Assembly: GCA_965214605.1 (NCBI GenBank)
Contig: OZ243961.1
Location: 768,001 to 832,000, forward strand
Source of the DNA: an uncultured Candidatus Binatia bacterium
GTDB lineage: Bacteria; Desulfobacterota; Binatia; Bin18
Reading direction: 5' to 3'
Length of the DNA: 64,000 nucleotides
The notes under the pieces are model-generated. The model did no database searches. It was not told where the DNA came from and saw nothing but the letters and a program-made list of their open reading frames with translations. The position numbers and the translations under genes were made by a program. Below, one piece after another: positions 27,859 to 39,411 of this stretch; within the stretch, counting starts at the first letter, position 1, and each line of letters begins with the position of its first letter.

Positions 27859-28784
27859 TCCTCCCACAGACTGGTGCTGCTGTAGCGCTCGCCGATATCT
27901 GGGAATAAGGTCACAATACGTCCCCGTCCCAGCTGCTGGGCGATTCTCCAGGCCCCATACAGATAGGCCCCCGAAGACTGGCCGATAAAGAACCCCAGGC
28001 TGGCTGCCCGGTTACACATCTCGTAGGCGTGCTCAATCTGCACCGGGATCCACTCATCGACAAGATCCGGGTCAAAAATCTCGGGCATAATATATTCTGG
28101 CCCTAAGGGTTTCAGCCCTTCCACCCCGGGAAATTCCTCGGGCGCCACACATGCAATCTTGATGGCCGGGTTGTGCTCTTTGAGGCGTTGAGCCACCCCG
28201 GTAATTGTGCCGCCGGTGCCGACCCCGGCCACAAACCACTCTAAGCGGCCGTCCGTTTGAGACAGGATCTCTTCGGCGGTCGTTTCATAGTGGGCACGCC
28301 AGTTGCTGTCGTTGCTGTATTGATCTGCAAAGAAATAGTGCTCAGGCCGGGCTTCATAGCGGCGGCGTACCTCACGCAGCGCCTCGTCGTAGCCAGCAAC
28401 AGCATCGGTCAACACCAGATCTGCCCCGTGGGCGCGGATGCGTTGCTTTCGCTCTTGGCTGGCGTTCTCTGGCACGACGAGCTCGACCCGACGACCTAGG
28501 ACCGTGCCAATCATGGCATACGCGATGCCGGCGTTACCGGACGATGAGTCAAGAATCACTCGCTCGGGCGGTAAACGTCCATCCACGATAGCCTGAGCCA
28601 GCATGCGTAACACCGGCCGATCTTTGACCGAGCCGCCGGGATTTAAGAACTCACACTTGGTCCAGATCTCGACTTCGGGCAGCTCGGTCTGAAACAGACC
28701 GACCGGAACGAGCGGAGTGTTGCCCACCACGGTCAGCAGCGGGTAGTTTTGAATGAGGGCTTGAAGGGCTTGAGGGCGTGGCAT
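27855..28784 (-). CDS. PLP-dependent cysteine synthase family protein (CysM-like)
   Basis: VGNTPLV, KCEFLNPGGSVKDR (PLP Lys), SSGNAG, GVGTGGTITG and GQSSGA motifs. Start placed at ATG 28784. Confidence 0.9.
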   Translation of the reverse strand: MPRPQALQALIQNYPLLTVVGNTPLVPVGLFQTELPEVEIWTKCEFLNPGGSVKDRPVLRMLAQAIVDGRLPPERVILDSSSGNAGIAYAMIGTVLGRRVELVVPENASQERKQRIRAHGADLVLTDAVAGYDEALREVRRRYEARPEHYFFADQYSNDSNWRAHYETTAEEILSQTDGRLEWFVAGVGTGGTITGVAQRLKEHNPAIKIACVAPEEFPGVEGLKPLGPEYIMPEIFDPDLVDEWIPVQIEHAYEMCNRAASLGFFIGQSSGAYLYGAWRIAQQLGRGRIVTLFPDIGERYSSTSLWED

Positions 28785-28802
28785 GCATCCTCCACAACTC
28801 AC

Positions 28803-29111
28803 TCAGCAACCGGCGTCTGGAGCCTCTTCGATCCGACGAGGGGCAGAGGAGGACGTTTCCCCAGCCTCCTCATCGGCAGAGATGTCAAAGAAAGCGTCCA
28901 GGCTAGCTAACAGCTGGGCGCGGACGTGGGCACGGGTACCCTCAATCAGATGGAGCGGGACGCGACCGCTCTCGCCCGCGCTGAACCCGACCTGACCGGC
29001 CGTCAGCTGTTTGACCTGCTGGGCCGGGAAGAGACCAACGCCATAGATCAGACAGAACCTTTTGTCCTTGCCCTTTCCACCTGGGACTGCGTGTAGCTTT
29101 GCCATGCCCAT
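28803..29111 (-). CDS. Hypothetical protein
   Basis: About 102-aa ORF with GGAGG RBS and an upstream TTGACA-18-TATGCT promoter candidate; fills the gap between thiC and the cysteine synthase gene. Confidence 0.7.
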   Translation of the reverse strand: MGMAKLHAVPGGKGKDKRFCLIYGVGLFPAQQVKQLTAGQVGFSAGESGRVPLHLIEGTRAHVRAQLLASLDAFFDISADEEAGETSSSAPRRIEEAPDAGC

Positions 29112-29136
29112 CGTCCTCCCTTCGCAGCTATAGCGG

Positions 29137-29166
29137 AGCATACAGAGCAGGCATAGGCGCTGTCAA
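29137..29166 (-). promoter_or_regulatory. Candidate sigma70 promoter for the hypothetical + cysteine synthase genes
   Basis: Minus strand TTGACA (29166-29161), 18 bp, TATGCT (29142-29137). Confidence 0.5.
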
Positions 29167-29181
29167 TTCCAGGGCGGGCCC

Positions 29182-31050
<1,869 letters not shown>

Positions 31051-31183
31051 CTACCTCCTTATTCCTCAAACCAAGACAAGCTGCTCCGATCTCCGTGGGC
31101 GCCCCTGGTCTGGCCGGGAGCGGAAGACATCGGGCGGATGGAAACAAATGTGACGGAAGAAAAGATGCGGAGAGACGTGGCAT

Positions 31184-31278
31184 CGTATTCCCTTCGCTGG
31201 CATTACCCAGTGCAGGTTCCAGGGGTCGATGAGTCCCAAGACTCATCCTCTCAGCCAATTACTCAGCTCCCCCAACGA
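31184..31278 (-). ncRNA. TPP riboswitch upstream of thiC
   Basis: Minus strand reads GGGGAGC...GGCTGAGAG...GACCCCTGGAACCTGCACTGGGTAATGCCAGCGAAGGGA, containing the conserved CUGAGA, ACCUG and UAAUGCCAGCG.AGGGA elements. Confidence 0.93.
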
Positions 31279-31301
31279 CCGTGTGGCCGCTAGTGCGGTA
31301 G

Positions 31302-31330
31302 ATACTATGCCGCACGGTAACGGCTGTCAA
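31302..31330 (-). promoter_or_regulatory. sigma70 promoter of the TPP riboswitch/thiC transcript
   Basis: TTGACA (31330-31325), 17 bp, TAGTAT (31307-31302), just upstream of the aptamer. Confidence 0.7.
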
Positions 31331-31672
31331 CGGAGGCCTATACCCGAGCAAGCGGATCGGTGGTTTATCGGCACCTAGCACCCACCGTTGACGTACAGAG
31401 TCTGGTCGGTGATATACGCGACTCCTCCAAACACGGCAGGACACCCGTTGCCGCAATCTCTTCGGGTTTGTCCGCCGGGCCGAGCGGGACTTTGCGAACC
31501 CTGCGCTCAGCGGGTAAAAATCAACCTGCTCTCGCTGCTCCGGTGTCAACGGCTATGCCGCGTCGGTTACAGGTCACAACCGGACACCTGATCTGCAAGA
31601 ATCGCTTAACAGTAGCCGTCCCGAGTTCTCAAAACGCGCTGGTGATCAAAGCCTGCCCGTGTGGCAGCCTAC

Positions 31673-32881
31673 TCATTCGCCGCCCTGCCATTTCTTCAGC
31701 TGCTGAAGAGGCCCTAGCCTTTTTTCTCCCGTCCCCAGCTTGAGTTCGCTGTCCTGGCGCAGCCAGTCGATCGTATGATCGACCTGATCGCGCTCCCGCT
31801 CAAGAAAGTGACTCACCGCCTCGGCAAAGCGCGGCTCGGCCATAAAGTGCATGCTGATCGTCGGCTGAGGATCAAAGCCACGCAGACGCTTAAAGTCCCC
31901 GCCTGCGCCGGGTTCAAAGCGCACCATGCGGTTTCGGATACAGTGGGCAATAGCCGCGTAGTAGCAGACGTTGAAGTGCAGGTGACGTAGCTCGCGAAAA
32001 CACCCCCAATAGCGTCCGTACATCACCCTATTTTTCTGGACATTGATCGTGCCGGCGATAATCTCGCCTTGGTAGCGAGCCGTCACAAAACACAAGTTTT
32101 TCCGAAACCGCTCGGCCAATAAATCGAAAAATTTGGAGCGCAGATACTGCCGCCCCCAGTACAACTTATCAATATGGGCTTTGTACAACTGATACATATA
32201 GGGGAAGAGTTCGTCTGTAATTTCCTCGCCACTGTGCACCTGGATCGTCACCCCGAGCTGGTCCATTTCACGCATTTCGCGTTTGATCTGGTTGCGGCGC
32301 TTATTGCGGAAATGGGCCAGATAATCGTCAAAGGTCTTATATGCGTAATTCAGCCACTGATACTGCAAACCCATCCGCTTGAGGTAACCGATCTCGCCCA
32401 ACGCCTCGGCCTCATCCGGCAGACAGAAATTGACGTGAACCGAAGAGAATTTGTTCTGCTGACAGATCTGCTGCAAGGTTTTGCCCAACAGCTGAATTAA
32501 GGCTCGTCGGTCGCGGCCGGGGGCGGTCAGAAAACGGATCCCCGTGGCCGGGGTAAACGGCGCTGCAACCAACATCTTGGGATAGTACTCAATGCCCGCC
32601 CGGTGGGCGGCATCGGCCCAGCCGTGGTCAAAGACAAATTCGCCCATGCTGTGGCCCTTGAGATACAGGGGACAGGCGGCGATCAGCCGAGCGTCCTCAT
32701 ACACGACCAAATGCTGGGGTTGCCAGCCGGTCTTGGGTACGACACAGCGCCCCTCTTCCATGCTTGACAGCCAGCCCCATTCGAGAAAGGGCGACTCATT
32801 GCCAACAAGCGCATCCCACTTGACTGGATCGACCTCCTGGAGACTCTCAATCACTTTGACTTGCAGCACAGCGGCGGGCAT
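31673..32881 (-). CDS. FemAB-like GNAT family protein (DUF482-type)
   Basis: PLYLKGHSMGEFVFDHGWA, YYPK...PFTPATG, SSVHVNF, YGRYWG, LHFNVCYY and FEPGAGG motifs. Confidence 0.9.
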   Translation of the reverse strand: MPAAVLQVKVIESLQEVDPVKWDALVGNESPFLEWGWLSSMEEGRCVVPKTGWQPQHLVVYEDARLIAACPLYLKGHSMGEFVFDHGWADAAHRAGIEYYPKMLVAAPFTPATGIRFLTAPGRDRRALIQLLGKTLQQICQQNKFSSVHVNFCLPDEAEALGEIGYLKRMGLQYQWLNYAYKTFDDYLAHFRNKRRNQIKREMREMDQLGVTIQVHSGEEITDELFPYMYQLYKAHIDKLYWGRQYLRSKFFDLLAERFRKNLCFVTARYQGEIIAGTINVQKNRVMYGRYWGCFRELRHLHFNVCYYAAIAHCIRNRMVRFEPGAGGDFKRLRGFDPQPTISMHFMAEPRFAEAVSHFLERERDQVDHTIDWLRQDSELKLGTGEKRLGPLQQLKKWQGGE

Positions 32882-32920
32882 AGTGTACAAAATCCTTCAG
32901 AGCAGTCATTTGTATGCACT

Positions 32921-34972
32921 ATGCAGATTGGAACCGTCATTGTCTACCGTGAGCGTGGCCGTCTGGCGTTAGGGGCGATCAAAACGCCCCTGTCGACAAC
33001 CAGTAAGGGAAAAGCCCAGGTTGAAATTGTGGGCGAGGATGGCAAAAAATCCATCCTCCTCCCCAACCGCATTTTTCTGGACTGTGAGCAGACTGTGTCG
33101 CCCAGCCAGCCGCCGGCAGAGCTCAAAAGACGCTTCCAGGAGCTACGCCAACAGGTCTTGAGCTACGCCCAAAACCTCGACCTCAAAGAGCTATGGGAGC
33201 TACTCCAGGACGAGGACAATGACGCGTTTTCGTGGCAAGAGCTGGCCAGCTTCGTTGTTCCTAGCGATGAACCGCTGGCCATGGCCGGGGTGTTGGATGC
33301 GCTGTGGAATGAGGGCGTGTACTTCAAGGAAAAGCAACTCGGGGAGTTTGTCCTGCGGGATGCCAAGAGCGTGCAGGAACTGCTTCACCAAAAGGCGATG
33401 GAACGCCAACGCCTGCAAGCCCAGGCAAAGTTTGTGGCCTGGGTGCAGGCCGCCCAGGCCACACCAGGGACGCTTCCCCCGCCGGACGGGAGTGAGCGGT
33501 TTCTCGACCTCCTCAAAGGCTTTGCCCTCCACGGCGAGCATTACGATAAAAAGTCCCAAGCCCTCAACCTCCTTGCCGAGAGCGGCTTTCGGGCCAAAGG
33601 CCATCCTTGGGATGTGGCCTTCCGACTCTTAGTCGCCCTTGGCATCTGGGACGCAGAGGAGGAGCTGAGCCTGCTGCGCTACAACATTCCGACCCGTTTT
33701 TCAGATGAGGTCATCCGCGCGGCTGAGGCCGTCCCGGCCTTTCAGCCCAATCAGTCGGGCTATCAAGATCTGCGCTCCCTGTTGACGTTTACGATTGACG
33801 ACGCCGAGACCAGCGATATTGACGACGCCTTAAGCCTGAGCGAGGAAGACGGCAAACGCCTGATTGGGGTGCATATCACCGATGTCGGCTTTTTTGTCCA
33901 GCCCGAGGGCGAAATCGACCACGCCGCCCTCCAGCGCGGCACTACCGTCTATCTTCCCCGCACCACTCTGCCTATGCTCCCGCCCACCCTCAGCCAACAG
34001 ACCGCCAGCTTGATTGCCGGACAAGACCGGCCGGTGCTGAGCTTTTTCGCCAGCTTGGATGAGCGTGGCCAGTTGTGTGTCGAGCGTATCTGCCGGAGCG
34101 TGATCCGCGTGGCTCGGCGGCTGACCTATGCAGAGGCCGATGCCCTGCTAGGGGCCGAGGGGGACGATCCGTACACCACCGCCCTCCAGGGGCTCAGCAC
34201 CTTGGCGCGGCTACGCCGCGCCAGACGGGTGGCAAACGGAGCGGTGATTATCGAGGGCAGCGAGGTGAAGGTCCGGGTCAGCGACAGCCCGACGGACGCT
34301 CCACCCGAAATTACGGTCTCGGTCTTAGCCAACAACTCTCCGGCCCGCAACCTGGTCGGCGAATGCATGATTTTGGCCAACGAGATTGCCGCCCGCTACT
34401 GTCAGCGGCACGGCCTGCCAGCACTGTATATCAGTCAGCCCTTTCCGGACGAAACGGTTCCCAGCCTCGACCAGTGCCCGACCCAACAGGTGTATATTCA
34501 CGCCGCTCGGCGTTTGATGAAACCTTCGCAGCGAGGCACCGTCCCCGCCTCGCACAGCGCCCTGGGGCTTGATATCTACACCCAGGTCACGTCTCCGCTA
34601 CGGCGTTATCACGACCTGCAGATGCACCGCCAGGTCAAGCACCACCTTGAACACGGCATCGCCCTGTTCGACGAGGAACGCCTCCAGCTTATTGCCGCCG
34701 GGGCTCAGGAGTCGAGCGTGGCCTCAAAGCGCTGTGAGCGGGAGAGCACTCGCTATTGGTTGCTGCGCTACCTGGAAACCCGGACCGGTCAACAGGTCGA
34801 CGGCCAGGTCGTACGGGAATTGCACGGTCGCTCCTTTGTCGAGCTTGAAGACACGTTGCTGGTTGTCCCGCTGAACCTGTCACCGCGCCCTGGGCTGGGT
34901 ACCAGGTTGCGGGTCACCATCGGCCATGTAGATGCCCGGCTGGATATTCTGAGCGTGCACCCTACCACATGA
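32921..34972 (+). CDS. RNB-domain 3'-5' exoribonuclease (RNase II/R family)
   Basis: FTIDDAETSDIDDALS catalytic motif, plus VHITD, ECMILAN, H.ALGL..Y and TSPLRRY.DL. Start at ATG 32921. Confidence 0.92.
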   Translation: MQIGTVIVYRERGRLALGAIKTPLSTTSKGKAQVEIVGEDGKKSILLPNRIFLDCEQTVSPSQPPAELKRRFQELRQQVLSYAQNLDLKELWELLQDEDNDAFSWQELASFVVPSDEPLAMAGVLDALWNEGVYFKEKQLGEFVLRDAKSVQELLHQKAMERQRLQAQAKFVAWVQAAQATPGTLPPPDGSERFLDLLKGFALHGEHYDKKSQALNLLAESGFRAKGHPWDVAFRLLVALGIWDAEEELSLLRYNIPTRFSDEVIRAAEAVPAFQPNQSGYQDLRSLLTFTIDDAETSDIDDALSLSEEDGKRLIGVHITDVGFFVQPEGEIDHAALQRGTTVYLPRTTLPMLPPTLSQQTASLIAGQDRPVLSFFASLDERGQLCVERICRSVIRVARRLTYAEADALLGAEGDDPYTTALQGLSTLARLRRARRVANGAVIIEGSEVKVRVSDSPTDAPPEITVSVLANNSPARNLVGECMILANEIAARYCQRHGLPALYISQPFPDETVPSLDQCPTQQVYIHAARRLMKPSQRGTVPASHSALGLDIYTQVTSPLRRYHDLQMHRQVKHHLEHGIALFDEERLQLIAAGAQESSVASKRCERESTRYWLLRYLETRTGQQVDGQVVRELHGRSFVELEDTLLVVPLNLSPRPGLGTRLRVTIGHVDARLDILSVHPTT

Positions 34973-35774
34973 CCACACCGCCATCGATGTTGAGCGACTG
35001 GCCGGTGATGTAGGAGGCGTCGGGGGTACAGAGATAGGCGATAAATTTCCCGATCTCCTCATCGGTGCCCGCCCGCTTGAGCGGAATCAGCTGTTGAATC
35101 GTCGCCTCCCACCGTTCAGCCCGACCCAGATCATCCATCCGTGAGGTGTCAATCACGCCCGGACATACCGCGTTGACGCGGATCTGATGCGGAGCTAGCT
35201 CCATCGCTAGGGCTTGGCTCAAACCTTGGATGCCGGCATTTGAGGTACAATAGGCAGCCATATTCGGCATGCCGCGCTTGCCGGCAATAGAAGAAATATT
35301 GACAATACTCCCCCCCTGGCCCTGCTTGACCAAGTGGGGGATTACGGCCTGACTCATCAAAAAGCTCCCCGTCAGCTTAACCTCAAGCACTTGGCGCCAC
35401 AGCTGTTCGGAGAGCTCTGTCAGCGGCACCCGATCCGGACCACGGGCGGTAGCAGCATTGTTAACCAGGATATCAATCCGGCCAAACGCCTGAAGCGTCG
35501 CTTCAACCGTGCGTTGGACGGCGGCGCTGTCGGCGATATTGGCAACCAGGGCCAGGCAGCGTCGTCCCCGCTCACGGACCTGATCGGCTACGCTTTCAAT
35601 ATCGCGCCAGCCAACCGCTTTTTCGTCGTCCGGATAGTGAGAGGGGTCGCGACCGGTGCCGGTCACAACCAGATCGGCTCCCAGCTCAGCCAGGGCCACA
35701 GCGGTCGCCCGGCCAATACCACGCAGGCGGCCCGCGCCGGTGACAATTGCGACTTTTCCATCCAGTACGCCCAT
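34962..35774 (-). CDS. SDR family oxidoreductase
   Basis: TGAGRLRGIG, NNAA, NISS, AYCTSNAG (Asn at the usual Lys position) and RVNAVCPG. Start at ATG 35774. Confidence 0.88.
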   Translation of the reverse strand: MGVLDGKVAIVTGAGRLRGIGRATAVALAELGADLVVTGTGRDPSHYPDDEKAVGWRDIESVADQVRERGRRCLALVANIADSAAVQRTVEATLQAFGRIDILVNNAATARGPDRVPLTELSEQLWRQVLEVKLTGSFLMSQAVIPHLVKQGQGGSIVNISSIAGKRGMPNMAAYCTSNAGIQGLSQALAMELAPHQIRVNAVCPGVIDTSRMDDLGRAERWEATIQQLIPLKRAGTDEEIGKFIAYLCTPDASYITGQSLNIDGGVVMW

Positions 35775-35806
35775 AAGCTCCTCGCTCGGTTGGGGGACGA
35801 GACATT

Positions 35807-36547
35807 CTAGCCGGCTAACTCGGCCGCAAACAAGGCCTTGACCTTCGCCCACGCATCGTCGGCCGCCGCTTTGTTGTACGACCCACGCTGATCACAGAAA
35901 AAACCATGTTCGGCCCCCGGATAGACCACAACCTCATGGGGGATATTATGGGTGGTCAACTCGGCCCGGATAGCCTCGACCTGCTCCAGCGGAATGGCCG
36001 TATCCTTTTCGCCAAACAAACACACGATCTTCCCGTCGATTTTGCTCGTCCGACTTATAGTAGACGGCGCACCGCCAAAGCCCTGCGGCCCGGCAATCCC
36101 GCCTCCATAAAAACTAGCCGCAGCTTTCACATCCGTCTCACACGCTGTCAGATAGGTCATATGTCCACCAACACAAAAGCCGACCGCCCCGATCCGGTCG
36201 CCGCGCACATAGTTCTTGCGCTTGAGAAAAGAAACGCTCGCCCAGGCATCGGCGATCATTTCGTCAGCCTTGAGCTGGTTGAGCAGCTTAATGCCCTCGG
36301 TCATGCCGACCTCGTCATAGCCGTACTCCACGCCGGGTCCGGTGCGATGGAAAAAATCCGGTGCCATGGCCACATAGCCCTCGGCAGCGACACGCTCAGT
36401 GACCTCACGAATATGCGTGTTCACTCCAAAGATTTCCATAAACACCAGCACTCCAGGATAGGTTCCCGGCTCGCTGGGCCGGGCCAGATAGGCCCCCATG
36501 GTCTGGGTATCGACGGTAACGTTTGCTCGTTCAGTGATGATCTCCAT
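35807..36547 (-). CDS. Dienelactone hydrolase family protein
   Basis: EIFGVN, GFCVGG (nucleophilic Cys), SFYGG and YPGAEHGF motifs. Confidence 0.93.
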   Translation of the reverse strand: MEIITERANVTVDTQTMGAYLARPSEPGTYPGVLVFMEIFGVNTHIREVTERVAAEGYVAMAPDFFHRTGPGVEYGYDEVGMTEGIKLLNQLKADEMIADAWASVSFLKRKNYVRGDRIGAVGFCVGGHMTYLTACETDVKAAASFYGGGIAGPQGFGGAPSTISRTSKIDGKIVCLFGEKDTAIPLEQVEAIRAELTTHNIPHEVVVYPGAEHGFFCDQRGSYNKAAADDAWAKVKALFAAELAG

Positions 36548-36705
36548 GGTGTCCTCCCTGAGAAGAAAAATTCGGACAAGCCCGACAAGATGGCAGGCCC
36601 TTTTGTCACACTCTGCCGTGGCTGTGTCAAGGTCCGGCGGCCGCTTGGCCTTGACACGGACGGTGTGATAAAGGAGGAGGATGTTTGCAGAAGGAGGATT
36701 CCCGT

Positions 36706-37503
36706 ATGCCCTATGTACAGCGTAACGGCGTGAGTGTGTATTATGAGAGCCACGGTCAGGGGACCCCGCTCGTTTTCCTACACCCTTTCTCGACTAACAG
36801 CAATATTTGGTACTTCCAGACCTATACCTTTGCCCAGGATTATCAGTGCATCACCATTGACCACCGTGGCCACGGCCGGTCGGATAAGCCTGAGCAGGGC
36901 TATGCCATCAGCGAAATGGCCGCCGATGTGGCGGCAGTTCTCGACCACCTCACAGTCGACAAAGTCGTTCTGGTTGGCAACTCGATCGGTGGCATGATCG
37001 CTATGCAGTTTAACCTGGATTTTCCCGATCGGGTCTTGGGCAACGTGATTGTCAGTAGCGGGACCAATTTGTCTGCCAACATGCCGCCCGAAGCCGGCCA
37101 AGCGTTTCAGGACGACCTTAACGGCGCCTTTAGCGGTCTCATGGAAGGCGCGGTTGCAGCCAGGACCAAACGCGAACGGCCCGAGATTCTGGACTTGATC
37201 AAGGCCAAATTCATAGTGGACGACAATTTCCCCAAACACGTCTTCTTTGCCTCGGCCGGCGACCCTAACGGGGTCTTCAACTGGAACATCTCCGAGCAGC
37301 TCAAAACCATTAGCAAACCAACCCAGATCTACGCTGGCCGGGAAGACCAGGCCACCACAGTCGAGGTCAATCAGTTCCTAGCCGACCATATCCCCAATGC
37401 CCAGATCAAGGTCTTGGACGATGTGGGGCACTTCTACCAGCTCGAAAGACCGGCCGATTTCAATACCGACCTGCGCCGCTTTCTCAAGCAGGTTGCGGCC
37501 TAA
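36706..37503 (+). CDS. Alpha/beta hydrolase (enol-lactonase/MhpC-like)
   Basis: DHRGHGRS, GNSIGG, GRED and VGHF motifs. Start at ATG 36706 after AGGAGG. Confidence 0.9.
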   Translation: MPYVQRNGVSVYYESHGQGTPLVFLHPFSTNSNIWYFQTYTFAQDYQCITIDHRGHGRSDKPEQGYAISEMAADVAAVLDHLTVDKVVLVGNSIGGMIAMQFNLDFPDRVLGNVIVSSGTNLSANMPPEAGQAFQDDLNGAFSGLMEGAVAARTKRERPEILDLIKAKFIVDDNFPKHVFFASAGDPNGVFNWNISEQLKTISKPTQIYAGREDQATTVEVNQFLADHIPNAQIKVLDDVGHFYQLERPADFNTDLRRFLKQVAA

Positions 37504-37519
37504 CAGAATCCGTCCAGCC

Positions 37520-37545
37520 GGGGTGACCCTCTGCAGGGTCGCCCC
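37520..37545. other. Strong intergenic hairpin without a U-tract
   Basis: GGGGTGACCCT-ctgc-AGGGTCGCCCC, 11-bp stem with one G-U pair. Confidence 0.6.
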
Positions 37546-37592
37546 TCCACTCCTTAATCTTCCGTCCGACTTCTGAATTTTGAGGTAGCAAC

Positions 37593-39395
37593 ATGACCCC
37601 GACCTCTCTTGCCACCATGGTCTTGGAACAAGCCGACCGCCGCGCTCCCCACCGTGTCTTTATACGCAAACGTCGCAAGCAGTGGGAAGATATCTCGTGG
37701 CGACAGCTAGCCGAACAGATCATCCACACCGCTCACGGCCTAACGGCCCTGGGCTTTAAGGCCGGAGACCGTTTGGCCCTGCTGGCCGAGAACCAACCCG
37801 AATGGCCCATCATGGATCTGGCCTGTTTGTATCTGGGCGGCGTCGATGTTCCGCTGTATCTGTCTAGTCCCGGCCAGGACCTAGCCTACATTCTCAAGGA
37901 TTCCGGGGCCAGCTTTATTGCCGTGTCCGGGCGTGGGCAGCTGGAAAAAGTCCTGCAAATCGCCCCAGACTTACCCGAACTGTCGCACATCGTGCTGCTG
38001 GACCCTGAGGAGCAGCAGATCGATTCCGGGCAGCTCAAGGTGTGCCGTTTTGCCGACCTATTAGCCCTCGGAGAGCAGCAGTCTGACAGACGTCAACCGA
38101 TCGCAGATCCCGGGCTCGCGACTATTATTTATACCTCGGGTACGACCGGTTTCCCCAAAGGTGTCATGCTGAGCCATAGCAACATGTTGAGCAATGTGCG
38201 CGACGCTCCCCAGGTACTACCGCTCAACGCGGACGATATATTGCTGTCTTTCTTGCCCCTGTCGCACGGGTTTGAGAGAACGACCGGGCTCTATGCACCG
38301 CTGTATATCGGTGGCAGTATCGCCTACGGCGGAGGAACGGCTAGTCTGCTCAGGGACTTGGCCGAGGTCAAACCGACGCTTTTGTGTTGCGTGCCACGTA
38401 TCCTGGAACTGATCTATCGACGCGTCGTCGGCGAGCGAGAAAGCGCAGGCTTCCTCAAGCGGCATCTCCTGGATTGGGCTCTAGCCCTAAGCAAAGCCAT
38501 TGGAACCAGACGGGTGAACGAACAGACTATTCCCCCCCTCCAGCAGCTCCAGCTCCAGCTCATCGACCGCCTCGTGTTTCGGAAATTACGCCAGGTGCTG
38601 GGCGGACGAATTCGTTTTCTGGTCTCGGGTGGCGCCCCACTCAACGCCGAGATCGCCCGCTTCTTTTATGGGATCGGCATCACCCTGTATGAGGGCTACG
38701 GTTTGACCGAAGCCGGGCCGGTCATCTCGTGCAATATGCCGGGCAAGACCCGTCTCGGCACAGTCGGGATCGCTCTGCCGCAGGTGGAAGTGAAAATTGA
38801 CGCCGATGGAGAAATCTGCGCCCGTGGGCCGAACATCATGGCCGGCTATTATCGGCGACCCGAGGATACGGCGTCCGCTATTGACGCCGACGGCTGGTTG
38901 CATACGGGTGATGTGGGGCACATCGACCCCGACGGCTTCATCACCATCACCGATCGCAAAAAGGATCTGATTATCACCGCTTCGGGCGAGAACATTGCGC
39001 CTCAGCCGATTGAGAGCGCACTCAAACAAGATCCACTGATCGAAGAGGCCTGTTTAATCGGCGATCACCGACCGTTTATCACCGCCCTCCTCGTTCCCAA
39101 TCAAGCCTTGGTCGAGACCCTGGCGCGCAAGAACGGCGTGTCAGGCGATTGGCAAGCCATCCTTATCCACCAGACCGTCCAGAGTCTGTTTCGCAGCCGG
39201 GTGAACGCCCTCAATGCAACCCTGCCGATACCGGCCCGGATACGCCAATTTAGCGTTCTCAGCCAACCCTTTTCTCTGGACCGAGGAGAACTGACTCCAA
39301 CTCTCAAGATCAAACGCCGCCAAGTCCTTGAGACCCGTCAGAAACAGATTGAAGCGATGTACCCCAGTCCTTCCCCATCCACCATCTCTTGCTAG
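37593..39395 (+). CDS. Long-chain fatty acyl-CoA synthetase (AMP-binding)
   Basis: [41 protein letters not shown] and ITDRKKD motifs. Confidence 0.93.
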   Translation: MTPTSLATMVLEQADRRAPHRVFIRKRRKQWEDISWRQLAEQIIHTAHGLTALGFKAGDRLALLAENQPEWPIMDLACLYLGGVDVPLYLSSPGQDLAYILKDSGASFIAVSGRGQLEKVLQIAPDLPELSHIVLLDPEEQQIDSGQLKVCRFADLLALGEQQSDRRQPIADPGLATIIYTSGTTGFPKGVMLSHSNMLSNVRDAPQVLPLNADDILLSFLPLSHGFERTTGLYAPLYIGGSIAYGGGTASLLRDLAEVKPTLLCCVPRILELIYRRVVGERESAGFLKRHLLDWALALSKAIGTRRVNEQTIPPLQQLQLQLIDRLVFRKLRQVLGGRIRFLVSGGAPLNAEIARFFYGIGITLYEGYGLTEAGPVISCNMPGKTRLGTVGIALPQVEVKIDADGEICARGPNIMAGYYRRPEDTASAIDADGWLHTGDVGHIDPDGFITITDRKKDLIITASGENIAPQPIESALKQDPLIEEACLIGDHRPFITALLVPNQALVETLARKNGVSGDWQAILIHQTVQSLFRSRVNALNATLPIPARIRQFSVLSQPFSLDRGELTPTLKIKRRQVLETRQKQIEAMYPSPSPSTISC

Positions 39396-39411
39396 GAGCC
39401 AGACACAGAAC

